Assembly (NCBI GenBank): GCA_045106895.1
Contig: JBGCFM010000027.1
Span: forward strand, 1 to 22,968
Origin: Polyangiales bacterium
GTDB lineage: Bacteria > Myxococcota_A > Polyangia > Polyangiales > Houyiibacteriaceae
DNA length: 22,968 nucleotides
Direction of reading: 5' to 3'
In this document: one piece after another, positions 1 through 9,337 of the stretch
Numbering within the stretch: the stretch's first letter is position 1
How the letters are laid out: every line of letters begins with the position of its first letter
Translations under genes and position numbers: made by a program
Notes under the pieces: generated by a model
Database searches by the model: none
Told to the model about the DNA's origin: nothing
What the model saw: only the letters and a program-made list of their open reading frames with translations

Positions 1-239
1 GAACAGGCGTGCACAAGAGCCAGGGAGTCACTCTCCATCAGCGGCCGAAGCCGCGTCATGTCCACCTTGAAGGGATCGATGAGCACAAGACCGCCCGGCC
101 ACGCGATTTGAACGAGCGAGAGTACGGGGTAGTACGTGCGCTCGCGGACGAACTCCGTGTCGATGGCGTACGCGCCCTTCGACGCCGCCTCCACGACCTC
201 GTCTAGCTCGGAGTTCTTCTCTACAAAGCGATACTTCAT
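1..239 (-). CDS. rnd: Ribonuclease D (3'-5' DEDD exonuclease), N-terminal part; the gene runs off the window edge
   Basis: Manual translation from ATG at 239 (not in the ORF track because there is no stop in the window): MKYRFVEKNSELDEVVEAASKGAYAIDTEFVRERTYYPVLSLVQIAWPGGLVLIDPFKVDMTRLRPLMESDSLALVHAC. The AIDTEF-RERTYYP-L-LVQ ExoI motif is characteristic of RNase D. Its start overlaps the meaB stop (ATGA). Confidence 0.9.
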   Translation of the reverse strand, partial: MKYRFVEKNSELDEVVEAASKGAYAIDTEFVRERTYYPVLSLVQIAWPGGLVLIDPFKVDMTRLRPLMESDSLALVHAC

Positions 240-1204
240 CGTTCGTCTTCTTCCTTCGCGCGCACGAGCTGCCCCAATACGTGCTCTGCAGCCTCCCGTG
301 GGTGCAGCTGCCCGCCAAACACTTTTGCTTCAAGTTCCGAGGACACAGTGCGGCGCAGCCGGCTCTGAATCTCGTCGTCGATGAGTCGCCACATCCACCT
401 TACGTTTTGAGCGCGGCGACGTTCCACGGTCGCGTCGCTTCGTTCAGCCCGGCGAGTGTCGAGGAGCTCTTCGAGGGCGTCGATGCCGTCTCCGGTGACG
501 GAGCTGGCGGTTCGTACCGGGACTGCCTCGCCGCGCATCAGGCGCAGCGCCGACTCAAGCTCACTTCGCGCGGCGTCCGCTGCGAGTCGCAGGTCCCCGT
601 CGGCCTTATGAATCAGCACGACATCAGCGGCTTCCAAGATGCCGCGTTTGATGCCTTGAAGACCGTCTCCGGAACGAGGGAGCAGCAGCACAAGCGTCTC
701 ATCGACCATGTCGGAGACACCGATTTCGCTCTGACCCACGCCGACGGTCTCGACGATGACGTCGTCGAAACCCGCCGCCTCACAGAGCACGATCGCTTCG
801 CGCGTCTTCCGTGCGACGCCCCCAAGGCGACCGCTCGTCGGGCTTGGTCGAACGAACGCCAGGGGGTCTCGAGCGAGCTCCGACATGCGCGTCTTGTCGC
901 CCAAGATGCTACCGCCACTCACGCGGCTCGAGGGGTCGATGGCGAGAACGGCGACGCGACGTCCGGCCTTTGTTCGGCGTTTACCAAACGCTTCGATGAA
1001 CGTGCTCTTGCCCACGCCCGGTGTTCCGCTCACGCCCAAACGAAACGCGGGCTCCGCAGGCTCGCCGAGGCGCCCGAGGAGCTCTGCGCCGAGCCGCATA
1101 TGGTCCGCTCTTTCGCTTTCGACGAGGGTGATGGCCCGCGACAAACGCAACACGTCGCCGGCACGGATGCCTCGCTCAAGGTCCTCGAGGAGCGCTTCGC
1201 TCAT
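236..1204 (-). CDS. meaB: Methylmalonyl-CoA mutase-associated GTPase MeaB/ArgK
   Basis: LSRAITLVES, P-loop GTPGVGKST, AIDPSS..SGGSILGDKTRM, RPSP, IVETVGVGQSE, LQGIKRGILE and G4 as HKAD; directly downstream of the mutase genes. Confidence 0.96.
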   Translation of the reverse strand: MSEALLEDLERGIRAGDVLRLSRAITLVESERADHMRLGAELLGRLGEPAEPAFRLGVSGTPGVGKSTFIEAFGKRRTKAGRRVAVLAIDPSSRVSGGSILGDKTRMSELARDPLAFVRPSPTSGRLGGVARKTREAIVLCEAAGFDDVIVETVGVGQSEIGVSDMVDETLVLLLPRSGDGLQGIKRGILEAADVVLIHKADGDLRLAADAARSELESALRLMRGEAVPVRTASSVTGDGIDALEELLDTRRAERSDATVERRRAQNVRWMWRLIDDEIQSRLRRTVSSELEAKVFGGQLHPREAAEHVLGQLVRAKEEDER

Positions 1205-1213
1205 TGAATCACG

Positions 1214-3340
1214 CTACTCGCTGCCAATAAGGTCGATGAGCGAGAGCGCCGCGTCGGCGACGACAGTTCCCGGACCGAAGATTGCCACCGCACCGGCGTC
1301 ACGGAGCGCATCGTAGTCTTCAGGTGGAACGACGCCGCCGCAGACGACACGAATGTCTGCGCGACCGAGAGAATCCAGCGCCTGTCGAAGCGCAGGGATC
1401 AACGTTAGGTGACCCGCGGCGAGGGAGCTGACGCCGACGACGTGCACATCGTTCTCAGCCGCCTGACGAGCCGTCTCTTCTGGCGTTTGAAAGAGCGGCC
1501 CGACATCGACGTCGAAACCGAGGTCCGCAAAAGCCGTGGCGATGACCTTTTGTCCGCGGTCGTGACCGTCCTGACCCATCTTCGCGACGAGAATGCGCGG
1601 GCGCCGACCTTCCGCTTCGAGGAACTCCGCGCTGCGCGCGCGGGCGCGAACCACCGCCGCGTCGTCTTTGGATTCACTTCCGTACACGCCGCTCACAATC
1701 TGCATCGTAGCGCGATATCGGCCGAAGACCTTCTCCATCGCGTCGGTCATCTCGCCAACGGTGGCGCCGGCTCGCGCTGCGCTTACGCAGTGCTCCAGCA
1801 GGTTTGCGTCTCCGTCGGCTGCCTTCGTCAACGCCTCGAGCTCCGAAACGACCTGAGCGTCGTCTCGTGTTTTCTTGAGCTCCGTCAGGCGCGCGAGCTG
1901 CGCTTCACGAACAGCCTGGTTGTCGACTTTGTGAATCGGGACGTCTTCGTCCTGGTCGAGGCGGTGGACGTTCACTCCGAGGATCGGCTTCCGGCCCGCG
2001 TCGATCTGCGCCTGCGTTCGAGCCGCCGCTTCCTCGATGCGGAGCTTTGGAAGACCGGACTCGATGGCCTTGGTCATGCCGCCGAGGGCTTCCACCTCGG
2101 CCATGTGCTCTCGAGCACGGGCCACGAGCTTCGCCGTGAGCGCTTCGACGAAGTAGCTGCCACCCCAGGGGTCGATGGCGGCGGTGGTTCCGGTCTCTTT
2201 TTGAAGAAAGAGCTGTGTATTCCGGGCGATCCGTGCAGAGAAATCCGTGGGAAGTGCCAGCGCTTCATCCAGAGCGTTCGTGTGAAGGCTCTGGGTGTGG
2301 CCCTGCGTCGCGGCCATCGCCTCAAGGCAGGTGCGCGTCACATTGTTGTAGACGTCCTGCGCCGTGAGCGACCAACCGCTCGTCTGGCAGTGCGTGCGCA
2401 GCATCATCGACTTCGGATTGGACGGGTTGAACGACTTCACGATCTCGGCCCAGAGCAAACGCGCCGCCCGCAACTTCGCCACCTCCATAAAGAAGTGTGT
2501 GCCCGTGGCGAAGAAGAAGCTGAGGCGAGGCGCGAAATCGTCGACGCTAAGCCCCGCTTCGATGCCCGTGCGGATGTACTCAAGGCCGTCGGCGAGCGTG
2601 TAAGCGAGCTCCAGGTCAAGAGATGCCCCCGCCTCCTGCATGTGATAGCCGCTGATGGAGATGCTGTTGTAACGCGGCATGTGCTGCGTCGTGTAGCGGA
2701 AGATGTCGCCGATGATGCGCATCGAAGGAGCGGGCGGATAGATGTACGTATTCCGCACCATGAACTCTTTCAGAATGTCATTCTGAATGGTTCCGCTGAG
2801 CTTGGCCTTCTCGACGCCCTGCTCTTCGGCGGCGACGATGTAGAGCGCGAGAACAGGCAACACGGCGCCGTTCATCGTCATCGACACGCTCATGCGATCC
2901 AAAGGGATCTTGTCGAAGAGCACGCGCATGTCCGCGATGGAGTCGATGGCGACGCCTGCCATTCCGACGTCGCCGAAGACGCGTGGATGATCGGAGTCGT
3001 AGCCGCGGTGGGTGGCCAGATCGAAGGCGATGGAGAGGCCTTTTTGCCCAGCAGCGAGGTTACGCCGGTAGAACGCGTTGCTTTCTTCGGCCGTGGAGAA
3101 GCCTGCGTACTGTCGAACGGTCCAAGGCCGCCCCGTGTACATCGTTGGGTAAGGTCCGCGAACAAAGGGCTCTTCGCCGGGCACGCTCGTTAGGTGCGTC
3201 AACCCTTCAACAGACGAAGCCTCGTAGAAGGCGTCGATGGGAATCCCCTCCGGCGTCGCGTTGGGCTCCCCACGTTCCGTGGTCTCGGCTCCCGCAGGCG
3301 CATCGTCGAAGGCGATCTTCGAAAAATCTAGCTCGCTCAT
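1214..3340 (-). CDS. mutB: Methylmalonyl-CoA mutase, large catalytic (cobalamin-binding) subunit, 708 aa
   Basis: [26 protein letters not shown] (Tyr of the MCM specificity motif), [25 protein letters not shown], and B12-binding GQDGHDRG and SSLAAGH. Start corrected to ATG 3340 (MSELDFSK), which overlaps the mutA stop (ATGA); the ORF-track start at 3493 lies inside mutA. Confidence 0.97.
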   Translation of the reverse strand: MSELDFSKIAFDDAPAGAETTERGEPNATPEGIPIDAFYEASSVEGLTHLTSVPGEEPFVRGPYPTMYTGRPWTVRQYAGFSTAEESNAFYRRNLAAGQKGLSIAFDLATHRGYDSDHPRVFGDVGMAGVAIDSIADMRVLFDKIPLDRMSVSMTMNGAVLPVLALYIVAAEEQGVEKAKLSGTIQNDILKEFMVRNTYIYPPAPSMRIIGDIFRYTTQHMPRYNSISISGYHMQEAGASLDLELAYTLADGLEYIRTGIEAGLSVDDFAPRLSFFFATGTHFFMEVAKLRAARLLWAEIVKSFNPSNPKSMMLRTHCQTSGWSLTAQDVYNNVTRTCLEAMAATQGHTQSLHTNALDEALALPTDFSARIARNTQLFLQKETGTTAAIDPWGGSYFVEALTAKLVARAREHMAEVEALGGMTKAIESGLPKLRIEEAAARTQAQIDAGRKPILGVNVHRLDQDEDVPIHKVDNQAVREAQLARLTELKKTRDDAQVVSELEALTKAADGDANLLEHCVSAARAGATVGEMTDAMEKVFGRYRATMQIVSGVYGSESKDDAAVVRARARSAEFLEAEGRRPRILVAKMGQDGHDRGQKVIATAFADLGFDVDVGPLFQTPEETARQAAENDVHVVGVSSLAAGHLTLIPALRQALDSLGRADIRVVCGGVVPPEDYDALRDAGAVAIFGPGTVVADAALSLIDLIGSE

Positions 3341-5313
3341 GCCAGGCCTCCGGGTCGCACCCCGAGAGTGCGAAGTGCATCGAGAAGTGGCGTCAATACA
3401 TCGTGTCCATTCACCCACGAAAAATCGACACCTTCGTCTACCTCGCCGCCACCGACGACTCCGACGACGACGGCGCCGGCGGAACGAAGCCAAGGAACAA
3501 CCTTCGAGACGACCTCGTCGCGCTCACCGTCAGCGCACACCACAACCACGAGTTCAGCGCCATTCTGCGAGTAAGCCTCCAGCCACCTTTCGTTCGCGCC
3601 GAGGTCCCCCGCAACATCGAAGGTGGGACAGTCGAGAATCGTCGGCGTCATCCCGCCGGCCCGAAGAACGTCGTCAGCGAATGCGAGGGCGTTCTTGTAC
3701 GAAAGCGCGGTCCCAAACCCCGCGATAAGCGCCGCCGGAGCGCGTCCGTGCCGCCGCGCGTATGCTACCAGCGCCTGCGCTGCGTCTTCCCACGCTTGGG
3801 CGCGTCGCTCCGCGGGCAGCGGAGAGACGTAAAGTTCAGGCTCCCCGTTTCGCAACGACGCTCCGAGCGTGATCGCGTCGACACCAAGAGACACGGCCTT
3901 GGCAGCGGCGGCGGCGGCGGCGGCGGCGTCGCGACGCGTCGAAGCATCGGCGAGTCGTGCCAGTTCTGCATCCCGCGACTCGGGGCTGCCCTGACCAAAG
4001 TCCTCGCCAAGTTCACCTTCGATGGCTCGCCAATCCGGCGCCTTTCGTTCGAGGGCCTGTTCGTGACCGAGGGCGAAAGTGCTCGCGCCAACGAACGAAT
4101 CCGCGCGGCTACGAACACGCGCCTCAGCCTCGTCGCGCCTTGAGTCGATGGTTCGGGCGATGAGACCTTGGCGAACTGCGTTCGGCATTCCTCCGACGGC
4201 CTCGATCTCCTGAAAAGCGCTCCATGCTCCGCGCGCATAAGCTTCCGTGAGCGCTTCGATGAAATGGCTGCCCCCAGCGGGATCATGCACTTCGCCCAGG
4301 CGCCCCTCGGCGAGGAGCAAGAGCGGAATGTTCCGCGCGAGGCGGCGGGCATCATCTGCGGAAGAAGCCAACACCGCGTCGTAGGGCGCGCAGGCATGCG
4401 AGTTTGCGCCACCCACGATGGCGGCAAAAGACTCGCTCGTCGCGCGTAGCAAGTTGGAGTGAGGGTCGCGACGCGTGCGCGTTCGGAGCGACGATTCCGC
4501 GTGGAGGGCCATTTCCGCGTCGACGCCGTAGGCTTTTTGAACCTTCGACCACGTCCATCGCAGAGCGCGCAGCTTGGCGATACCATCGAAGAAACGCGGT
4601 GAAACCGTGGTCGAAAAACGGAGTTGGCGAAAAGCGCTTTCGGGCGAGAAGCCGTCGTCGCAGAGCGCGCGCACGTAACAAAGACCCGTCGCGAGCGCCC
4701 AAGCGATCTCGTCTTGAGGCAGAGCGCCGGCGGCCTCGTAGGTCTGCGTGGAGACGAGGGCCGCGCGCATGCCGGGAGCGCTCTGCACGAGCCGAGCGAC
4801 AGCGGTGAGCTCGAAGAGGCCGCTTCGTAGTCCGCCCTCGAGCTTTCCGGCGGAAGCGAGGCTGTGAAGAGGGTCTGCGCCCATGCCGCCGTGGAGACTC
4901 TTGAGGTCGACGCCTCGCTCTGCGGCGAGCGCCAAGAAGAAGGCCGAGAGCGCGAGGGGGTTGTCGGTCTCGAGCTGGACGGCGACCTTTGCGAGGTCGA
5001 CGTCGTCCAAGGCGACGCCGAGGTCGCCAGCGGTGAGGAGCCTGCACCCACGATCGAGTCCGCACTCGAGCCACACGCCAGACAGACCGCCGCTGAGGTC
5101 GTTCTTGATCGCCTCGTTGCATGCGCCCATCGAGGGCTCCGCGCGCCGGTTGAAGACACGCGTCTCCACACAAGGCCGGGTGGACGATGGCGTCGTTTCG
5201 AAGTGAAGACCGGAGACGCCGTCGACGACGGTGCCGTCGACCCCACGCCAGGGCTCATCTCTGCCGCCGAGCGCTTGCCAGCGCTCTTTCGGGGGTACGG
5301 ATTGTTGCGTCAT
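3337..5313 (-). CDS. mutA: Methylmalonyl-CoA mutase, small (non-catalytic) subunit
   Basis: MCM barrel motifs [58 protein letters not shown]; no DxHxxG cobalamin ligand motif; immediately upstream of mutB. Start is ATG 5313 or TTG 5316. Confidence 0.9.
   Translation of the reverse strand: MTQQSVPPKERWQALGGRDEPWRGVDGTVVDGVSGLHFETTPSSTRPCVETRVFNRRAEPSMGACNEAIKNDLSGGLSGVWLECGLDRGCRLLTAGDLGVALDDVDLAKVAVQLETDNPLALSAFFLALAAERGVDLKSLHGGMGADPLHSLASAGKLEGGLRSGLFELTAVARLVQSAPGMRAALVSTQTYEAAGALPQDEIAWALATGLCYVRALCDDGFSPESAFRQLRFSTTVSPRFFDGIAKLRALRWTWSKVQKAYGVDAEMALHAESSLRTRTRRDPHSNLLRATSESFAAIVGGANSHACAPYDAVLASSADDARRLARNIPLLLLAEGRLGEVHDPAGGSHFIEALTEAYARGAWSAFQEIEAVGGMPNAVRQGLIARTIDSRRDEAEARVRSRADSFVGASTFALGHEQALERKAPDWRAIEGELGEDFGQGSPESRDAELARLADASTRRDAAAAAAAAAKAVSLGVDAITLGASLRNGEPELYVSPLPAERRAQAWEDAAQALVAYARRHGRAPAALIAGFGTALSYKNALAFADDVLRAGGMTPTILDCPTFDVAGDLGANERWLEAYSQNGAELVVVVCADGERDEVVSKVVPWLRSAGAVVVGVVGGGEVDEGVDFSWVNGHDVLTPLLDALRTLGVRPGGLA
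3901..3927 (-). repeat. (GCC)7 trinucleotide tract within a 9-Ala run in mutA
   Basis: Plus strand 3907-3927 is (GGC)7; the minus strand translates as [15 protein letters not shown]. Confidence 0.8.
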
Positions 5314-5489
5314 CAACTACTCGCCCGAAGTGCCATGGTGAGGCGGTGATAGACTACCGGGGGAAGTGGGGCAAGGTCGGGCTGACACGGAGCCAAAGCC
5401 ATGCCCGCGAAGCAAGCGCCGTGGGCAAAACCCGTAGAAAACATACATCCGGCGGGAATCAGCGGGACTCTTCGGGGGTTGAGGGGGAT

Positions 5490-6578
5490 GTGGCGAAAGA
5501 GCCCAGAAATCGGGCCTGGGCCTTTGCCTTCACCGTGTCCCTCGGGCTTCATCTCCTTGTTGGAGGGCGAGAAGCCGCCGAAGCGGCTCAGCCGGGCGCT
5601 CAGCGCGACATCGCGCTCAATATGGAGGTTCTCTGGCAAGAGATCCCCCCTGCCCCGGAGCCCACCGTGGAAGAAGCTCCCGAGCCCCCGCGTGTCGTGG
5701 AGGAGCTCGTGGAGGAGCCACGAGCACGACGGGCGCCCGCTCGTCTTCCGCGTCCCGACACGCCCGCGGAGCCCGGCGCGGGCAGCCAGCAGCCAGCTGG
5801 CGAGGTTTCTGCGTCAGGGGAAGCGGGCCCGACGACGGAAGCTCCTGCCACGGACGCCGCGGACGCCACCCCCACCTTCGACATCGCGCGCCTCCAGCCC
5901 TCCGCGGTTGCTCAAGGCACGTTTGGCCCCCGCCTACCCACCGCCCAAGACGAAGAGTCCGCCATGGAAGCGGCGCTTCAAGCCGACCTCTACCGCATCG
6001 CGAACGCTGCGCCCTATGACACGGTTCGCCCGGCCCCAGAGCTGCGCGAAACGGGAGACGGCGGCTTTACCTACGACGGCCATCTTTTTAGCGCGCGAAT
6101 TTCACCAAGCGGAGAGGTCTCCTTCGATGACGCACCTGGAATTGGTTTCGCCGGACTCGGCGGCCCCTCTGGCACCCTCGGCGTCGGTTTCAGCTTTGAC
6201 ATCTCCGCCGCGGCAGAACGCGCCGCCGGGAACGACCCAAACTCCGCGGAGCGACGCTGGTTTATGGAGCAGACCAGGCGCGTCCGAGAGCGCCTCCAAG
6301 GAGAAGACCGCGCACGCATCCAGGGTCGTGGACTCGTCCGGCTACGGCGGCAGCTTCGAGAGATTTGGGAATCCACGAAGCCTATTCGTGAGCGTCGCGA
6401 AGAGGTGTTTCGACTCTGGGACTCCTGCGAAGAAGACGAGGTCGGAGCGCAGGCACGGGGGGTGATCCTTGAATTCATCCGGGACCATCCAGGCGAAGAA
6501 GGTGGCGGCGTCTTCCCCGCCGAGGAGCTTCGGCGCCTCAACGCCTCCCGCGTATCGCGCGAGCGTTTCGCTCCTTAA
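5490..6578 (+). CDS. Membrane-anchored hypothetical protein (~362 aa) with a TonB-like N-terminal anchor, Pro/Glu/Ala-rich linker and globular C-terminal domain
   Basis: Probable GTG start at 5490 after GAGGGGGAT. Hydrophobic AWAFAFTVSLGLHLLVGG contains S-x3-H, followed by a PPAPEPTVEEAPEPP linker and a ~200-aa ordered C-terminal region. The ORF-track extension to 5187 overlaps mutA and reads as low-complexity Arg sequence. Confidence 0.75.
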   Translation: MAKEPRNRAWAFAFTVSLGLHLLVGGREAAEAAQPGAQRDIALNMEVLWQEIPPAPEPTVEEAPEPPRVVEELVEEPRARRAPARLPRPDTPAEPGAGSQQPAGEVSASGEAGPTTEAPATDAADATPTFDIARLQPSAVAQGTFGPRLPTAQDEESAMEAALQADLYRIANAAPYDTVRPAPELRETGDGGFTYDGHLFSARISPSGEVSFDDAPGIGFAGLGGPSGTLGVGFSFDISAAAERAAGNDPNSAERRWFMEQTRRVRERLQGEDRARIQGRGLVRLRRQLREIWESTKPIRERREEVFRLWDSCEEDEVGAQARGVILEFIRDHPGEEGGGVFPAEELRRLNASRVSRERFAP

Positions 6579-6588
6579 CGCGCAGTGT

Positions 6589-6663
6589 ATGAAAGATGAT
6601 CCGTTCGCGCCTCCCCTTCGCCTGCGACGGATCGTTGTCAGACTCTCCTTGGCGAACTTTCAT
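6589..6663 (+). other. Putative three-stem RNA structure in the intergenic region upstream of the response regulator
   Basis: ATGAAAG (6589-6595) pairs with CTTTCAT (6657-6663); ATGATCCGT-T-CGC (6596-6608) pairs with GCGACGGATCGT (6624-6635); TGTCAG (6636-6641) pairs with TTGGCG (6649-6654, with GU pairs). Both loops are C/U-rich. Confidence 0.35.
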
Positions 6664-6754
6664 CGTGGAAAAAGCCTTGGTCTTTGAGAGCTTCGCGTTC
6701 GCGTCGAAGACAACACAACGATTGATCTCGATGCGCAGGTTCCGGAGAGCGAGA

Positions 6755-7138
6755 GTGGATCTCGTGTCTGATGACAAGCCAATACTTGTAGTCGATGATG
6801 ACCCCACGCTTCGGCGTGCTGTCTCGCGAATCCTACGAAGCGAAGGACACACGGTTGTCGAAGCCGGCAACGGCGACGCCGCTCTGCAGGCCGCTCGTGA
6901 GCACGAGCCGTCCCTCGTCGTACTCGACTACGCGATGCCCGGCATGGACGGCGAAGGCGTGCTGAATGCCATGCGTGCTGAGTACAAAGGCGAGATGCCT
7001 CCCGCGCTCCTTCTTACGGCGAGCGGGAGACAACAAGAACGCGCGGAAGAAATCGGCGCGGTGCTCGGCCTGTGCAAACCCTTCCGGGTCGAAGATCTCC
7101 TCGCGGCGGTCAAACGTCACCGTCGCAGCGACGCGTAG
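6755..7138 (+). CDS. Single-domain (CheY-like) response regulator, ~127 aa
   Basis: ILVVDDD acidic pocket, phospho-acceptor VVLDYAMPGMDG, LLTA and KPF motifs, no output domain. GTG at 6755 is preceded by GGAGAG (6744-6749); GTG 6764 is an alternative start. Confidence 0.92.
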   Translation: MDLVSDDKPILVVDDDPTLRRAVSRILRSEGHTVVEAGNGDAALQAAREHEPSLVVLDYAMPGMDGEGVLNAMRAEYKGEMPPALLLTASGRQQERAEEIGAVLGLCKPFRVEDLLAAVKRHRRSDA

Positions 7139-7186
7139 CCCGGCGTTATTGCCATGCTCGAGCGAGGGCCCACACTTGAGCGCGCT

Positions 7187-9337
7187 CTAAAGCGACTCGA
7201 GGAACGCAAGCAGCGCGTCGAGTTCGGCGGGGGGTAGCCCTGCGACGTTTCCATGCCGCCCTTCGGGGTCCCGCGTGGTGAGCACTTCGCGGAGCGTGGC
7301 GGCGCTCCCATCATGCAGGTAGCGCGGGCTATGCCAGAGTCCAATAAGTGTCGGAGTGTCCACGCCCAGCAAGGGTTCACCCAAGCGCTGACCGCTGCCC
7401 GGCCCCAACGTGCCCACGTCGTGCAATCGCGGCACACCGTCGACGAGGGCGCTGTCCGTGTAGCGCTCCCCCGAGTGACAGTCGCGACAGTTTTGCCGCT
7501 CAAAGACCGCGGCGCCCTCCGCCACCGTTTCGGCCTGCGGTGAGGGAAGGTCCTCGGCGAGAGAAGCGACGTAGGCCGCGAGGGCGTCCAAGTCCTCGCT
7601 CAGCCCCGCCTTAGGCGCTCCAAGCGTGTCCTCGTTTGCTGCAAAGTCCGCCGGGTCCATCAGACCGAGTCCGCCAAAGTGGTGGCGAATGTCGTTCTCG
7701 AAGTCTTGTACTTCGTCGAAGTTCGCGCTCCAGTGCAGCGGACCGTCCAAGGTTCGCCCGAAGAGCGGAGGCGTACGCCGCAAACCCTCCCCGCGATCGC
7801 TAAAGTCCCAGACGCGATGGTCTGAGTCGCCACCGGGATGGCAGCTAGCGCAGGCGATGTAGCCGTCACGCGCCAGGCGTGGGTCGAAGGAATCTTCGAA
7901 GAGGACGCGTCCGCGAAGGACCTCCTCAGCGAGGGGCTCCTCCAGAACCAGTGTCACGCGAGCTTGAGGCGGACTCGGACCCATGGCTGCCACGGAATAC
8001 GCACGGAGTTCGCGGCTTGTCTCCGCGTTGACGAAGAGCGTGCGCCCGTCACGCGAGATGCCAAGCCCGCTCGCGCCATACCCGACGTCGAAGAGAGATC
8101 CGAGGATCTCGCCGTTCAAGCGGTCGAGTCGTTCGATGCTTCGGTGGGCCTGGTCCAAGACGTAGAGCGTGTCCCCGCGGGGGGAAAAGACCGCGGCGGT
8201 GGCGAGCCCTCGATTGTCGAAGAGGAAGCGCTCCTCCCACACCTCTTCTCCCTCCGCGCTCACGACGCGAAGGCCCGCGCGAATGGAGGTCTCAAAGGTC
8301 AGAGGCCGCTCACTCACAAAGGCGCCCTCGCCGATATTCGCTTGCTGCCCGACGACCACGAGATGCGAGGCATCTGGACTCGCGACGAGGCCGCCGAGAA
8401 GCGTGGGGACCCCGCCACTCTCCGTATCCGCGCTCGGCTGAGGATCGAAACGCAAGGGGACCGTACGTGGCGGCCCATTCATCCAGAAGAGTTCGCCCTC
8501 CTCGTCCCTGGAGCGAAACCGCGCGGCCACCACGCCACCACCGGGCAACGCGGCGATGGCGCGGACATCGCGCACGGCGGGATGAATCACAGCCACAGAC
8601 AGACCGCCTTCCTCCGTGACCTCGGCGAGGGCCCCGAGCCCCTGCAGGGTGACGAAGGCCCGTCCTCCATCGATGGCCACACCGCGAGGTCTCGAGCCCG
8701 GCGCAAAGGAGAGCACCTCCACCTCGGCGCCCTGGACCAAGGCGAGGCGGGCGTCGCGGTCGCAGGCCACGACGAAACGCTCGACATCCCCGGCCATCCA
8801 AAGCGTCACAGAGACAGGGTCCGCGCACGGACGAACGCGGGTGAGTTCACGAAAGCCCCCGTCGACAAATCGCGTCAAAACGAGTTCGCCGGTGTCCGGA
8901 ACGACCACTGCGACGTGCTCGGGCCCCACGCTCACCGTCGATGAATGAGAAGACTCGAACACCGGCGGCGCCGTCACGACGACGAGCGCGCTGTCCTGAC
9001 GACCATCCGCCAGCGTGACACGAATCGGATAGCGTCCCTGGACCGAAAAACTCCGCTCGATGGTCGCCTCTTCGGTACGCACAAGCTCGGAGCCCACCTG
9101 CCACTCGTAGGGAGGCTCGCCGCCGACAACCTCGATGGCGATGGTCTCGCCAATATTCGCTCCCTCCGGCGCGCGAAGCGCAAACATGAGCGGCCCGACG
9201 TCGAAGGTGTCCACCGGGACGTCGATGGAAACGTCCCTCCCCCCGTCGACTCCACCATCGGGTGTCAAGTCATCCCCGCAGCCCATCGAGAGGACTGCGA
9301 TGAGCGCTCCTAGCCGAAGGAAGTAGTCGCGAGCCAT
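7187..9337 (-). CDS. Lipoprotein with PKD/Ig-like domain, YncE/YVTN-type beta-propeller and C-terminal di-haem cytochrome c domain of the bCcP/MauG superfamily
   Basis: Lipobox VLSMG-C; PKD-like PPYEWQVG...GRYPIRVTL; propeller repeats (AVFSPRGDTLYVLD, GLGISRDGRTLFVN); haem motifs CASCH (7838-7852) and CRDCH (7475-7489); G..LF.DPRL, R.TP.L, LHW and DTPTLIGLWHSPRYLHDGS as in bCcP/MauG-like proteins. Start overlaps the upstream stop (TGATG). Confidence 0.88.
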   Translation of the reverse strand: MARDYFLRLGALIAVLSMGCGDDLTPDGGVDGGRDVSIDVPVDTFDVGPLMFALRAPEGANIGETIAIEVVGGEPPYEWQVGSELVRTEEATIERSFSVQGRYPIRVTLADGRQDSALVVVTAPPVFESSHSSTVSVGPEHVAVVVPDTGELVLTRFVDGGFRELTRVRPCADPVSVTLWMAGDVERFVVACDRDARLALVQGAEVEVLSFAPGSRPRGVAIDGGRAFVTLQGLGALAEVTEEGGLSVAVIHPAVRDVRAIAALPGGGVVAARFRSRDEEGELFWMNGPPRTVPLRFDPQPSADTESGGVPTLLGGLVASPDASHLVVVGQQANIGEGAFVSERPLTFETSIRAGLRVVSAEGEEVWEERFLFDNRGLATAAVFSPRGDTLYVLDQAHRSIERLDRLNGEILGSLFDVGYGASGLGISRDGRTLFVNAETSRELRAYSVAAMGPSPPQARVTLVLEEPLAEEVLRGRVLFEDSFDPRLARDGYIACASCHPGGDSDHRVWDFSDRGEGLRRTPPLFGRTLDGPLHWSANFDEVQDFENDIRHHFGGLGLMDPADFAANEDTLGAPKAGLSEDLDALAAYVASLAEDLPSPQAETVAEGAAVFERQNCRDCHSGERYTDSALVDGVPRLHDVGTLGPGSGQRLGEPLLGVDTPTLIGLWHSPRYLHDGSAATLREVLTTRDPEGRHGNVAGLPPAELDALLAFLESL

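Noticed and set aside
590..612. MeaB G4 motif HKAD instead of NKAD as a sign of inactivation
   Set aside because: It is a single substitution with all other GTPase motifs intact, which is not enough to claim loss of function.
3341..3493. ORF-track N-terminal extension of mutB (MASFRRRRR…)
   Set aside because: It lies inside the mutA coding region in another frame; ATG 3340 gives the usual ATGA coupling.
281..5258. Long alternative-frame and antisense ORFs over the mutase operon (281-1207, 1409-3193, 2983-4143, 3765-5258) and similar ones elsewhere (7838-8944, 16208-17476, 19221-20741)
   Set aside because: They are shadow ORFs typical of high-GC codon bias, fully overlap well-supported genes and have no recognisable motifs.
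5407..5421. Sigma54 -24/-12 promoter for mutA (CGGCGC-TTGCT-TCGC on the minus strand)
   Set aside because: It has GG-N10-GC spacing but three mismatches to TGGCAC-N5-TTGC; such matches are common by chance at this GC content.
5317..5489. Cobalamin riboswitch upstream of the B12-dependent mutase operon
   Set aside because: No B12-box (GCCACUG) or matching conserved core found on the mutA sense strand; a GGGAA occurs only on the opposite strand without the remaining elements.
5313..5639. 108-aa minus-strand ORF upstream of mutA
   Set aside because: It overlaps the better-supported plus-strand gene head-to-head and has no protein-like features.
7187..9337. Naming the di-haem protein mauG, mbnH, ccp or nirS
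   Set aside because: The domain architecture (PKD + propeller + C-terminal di-haem) and gene context match none of these; only superfamily-level similarity is supportable.
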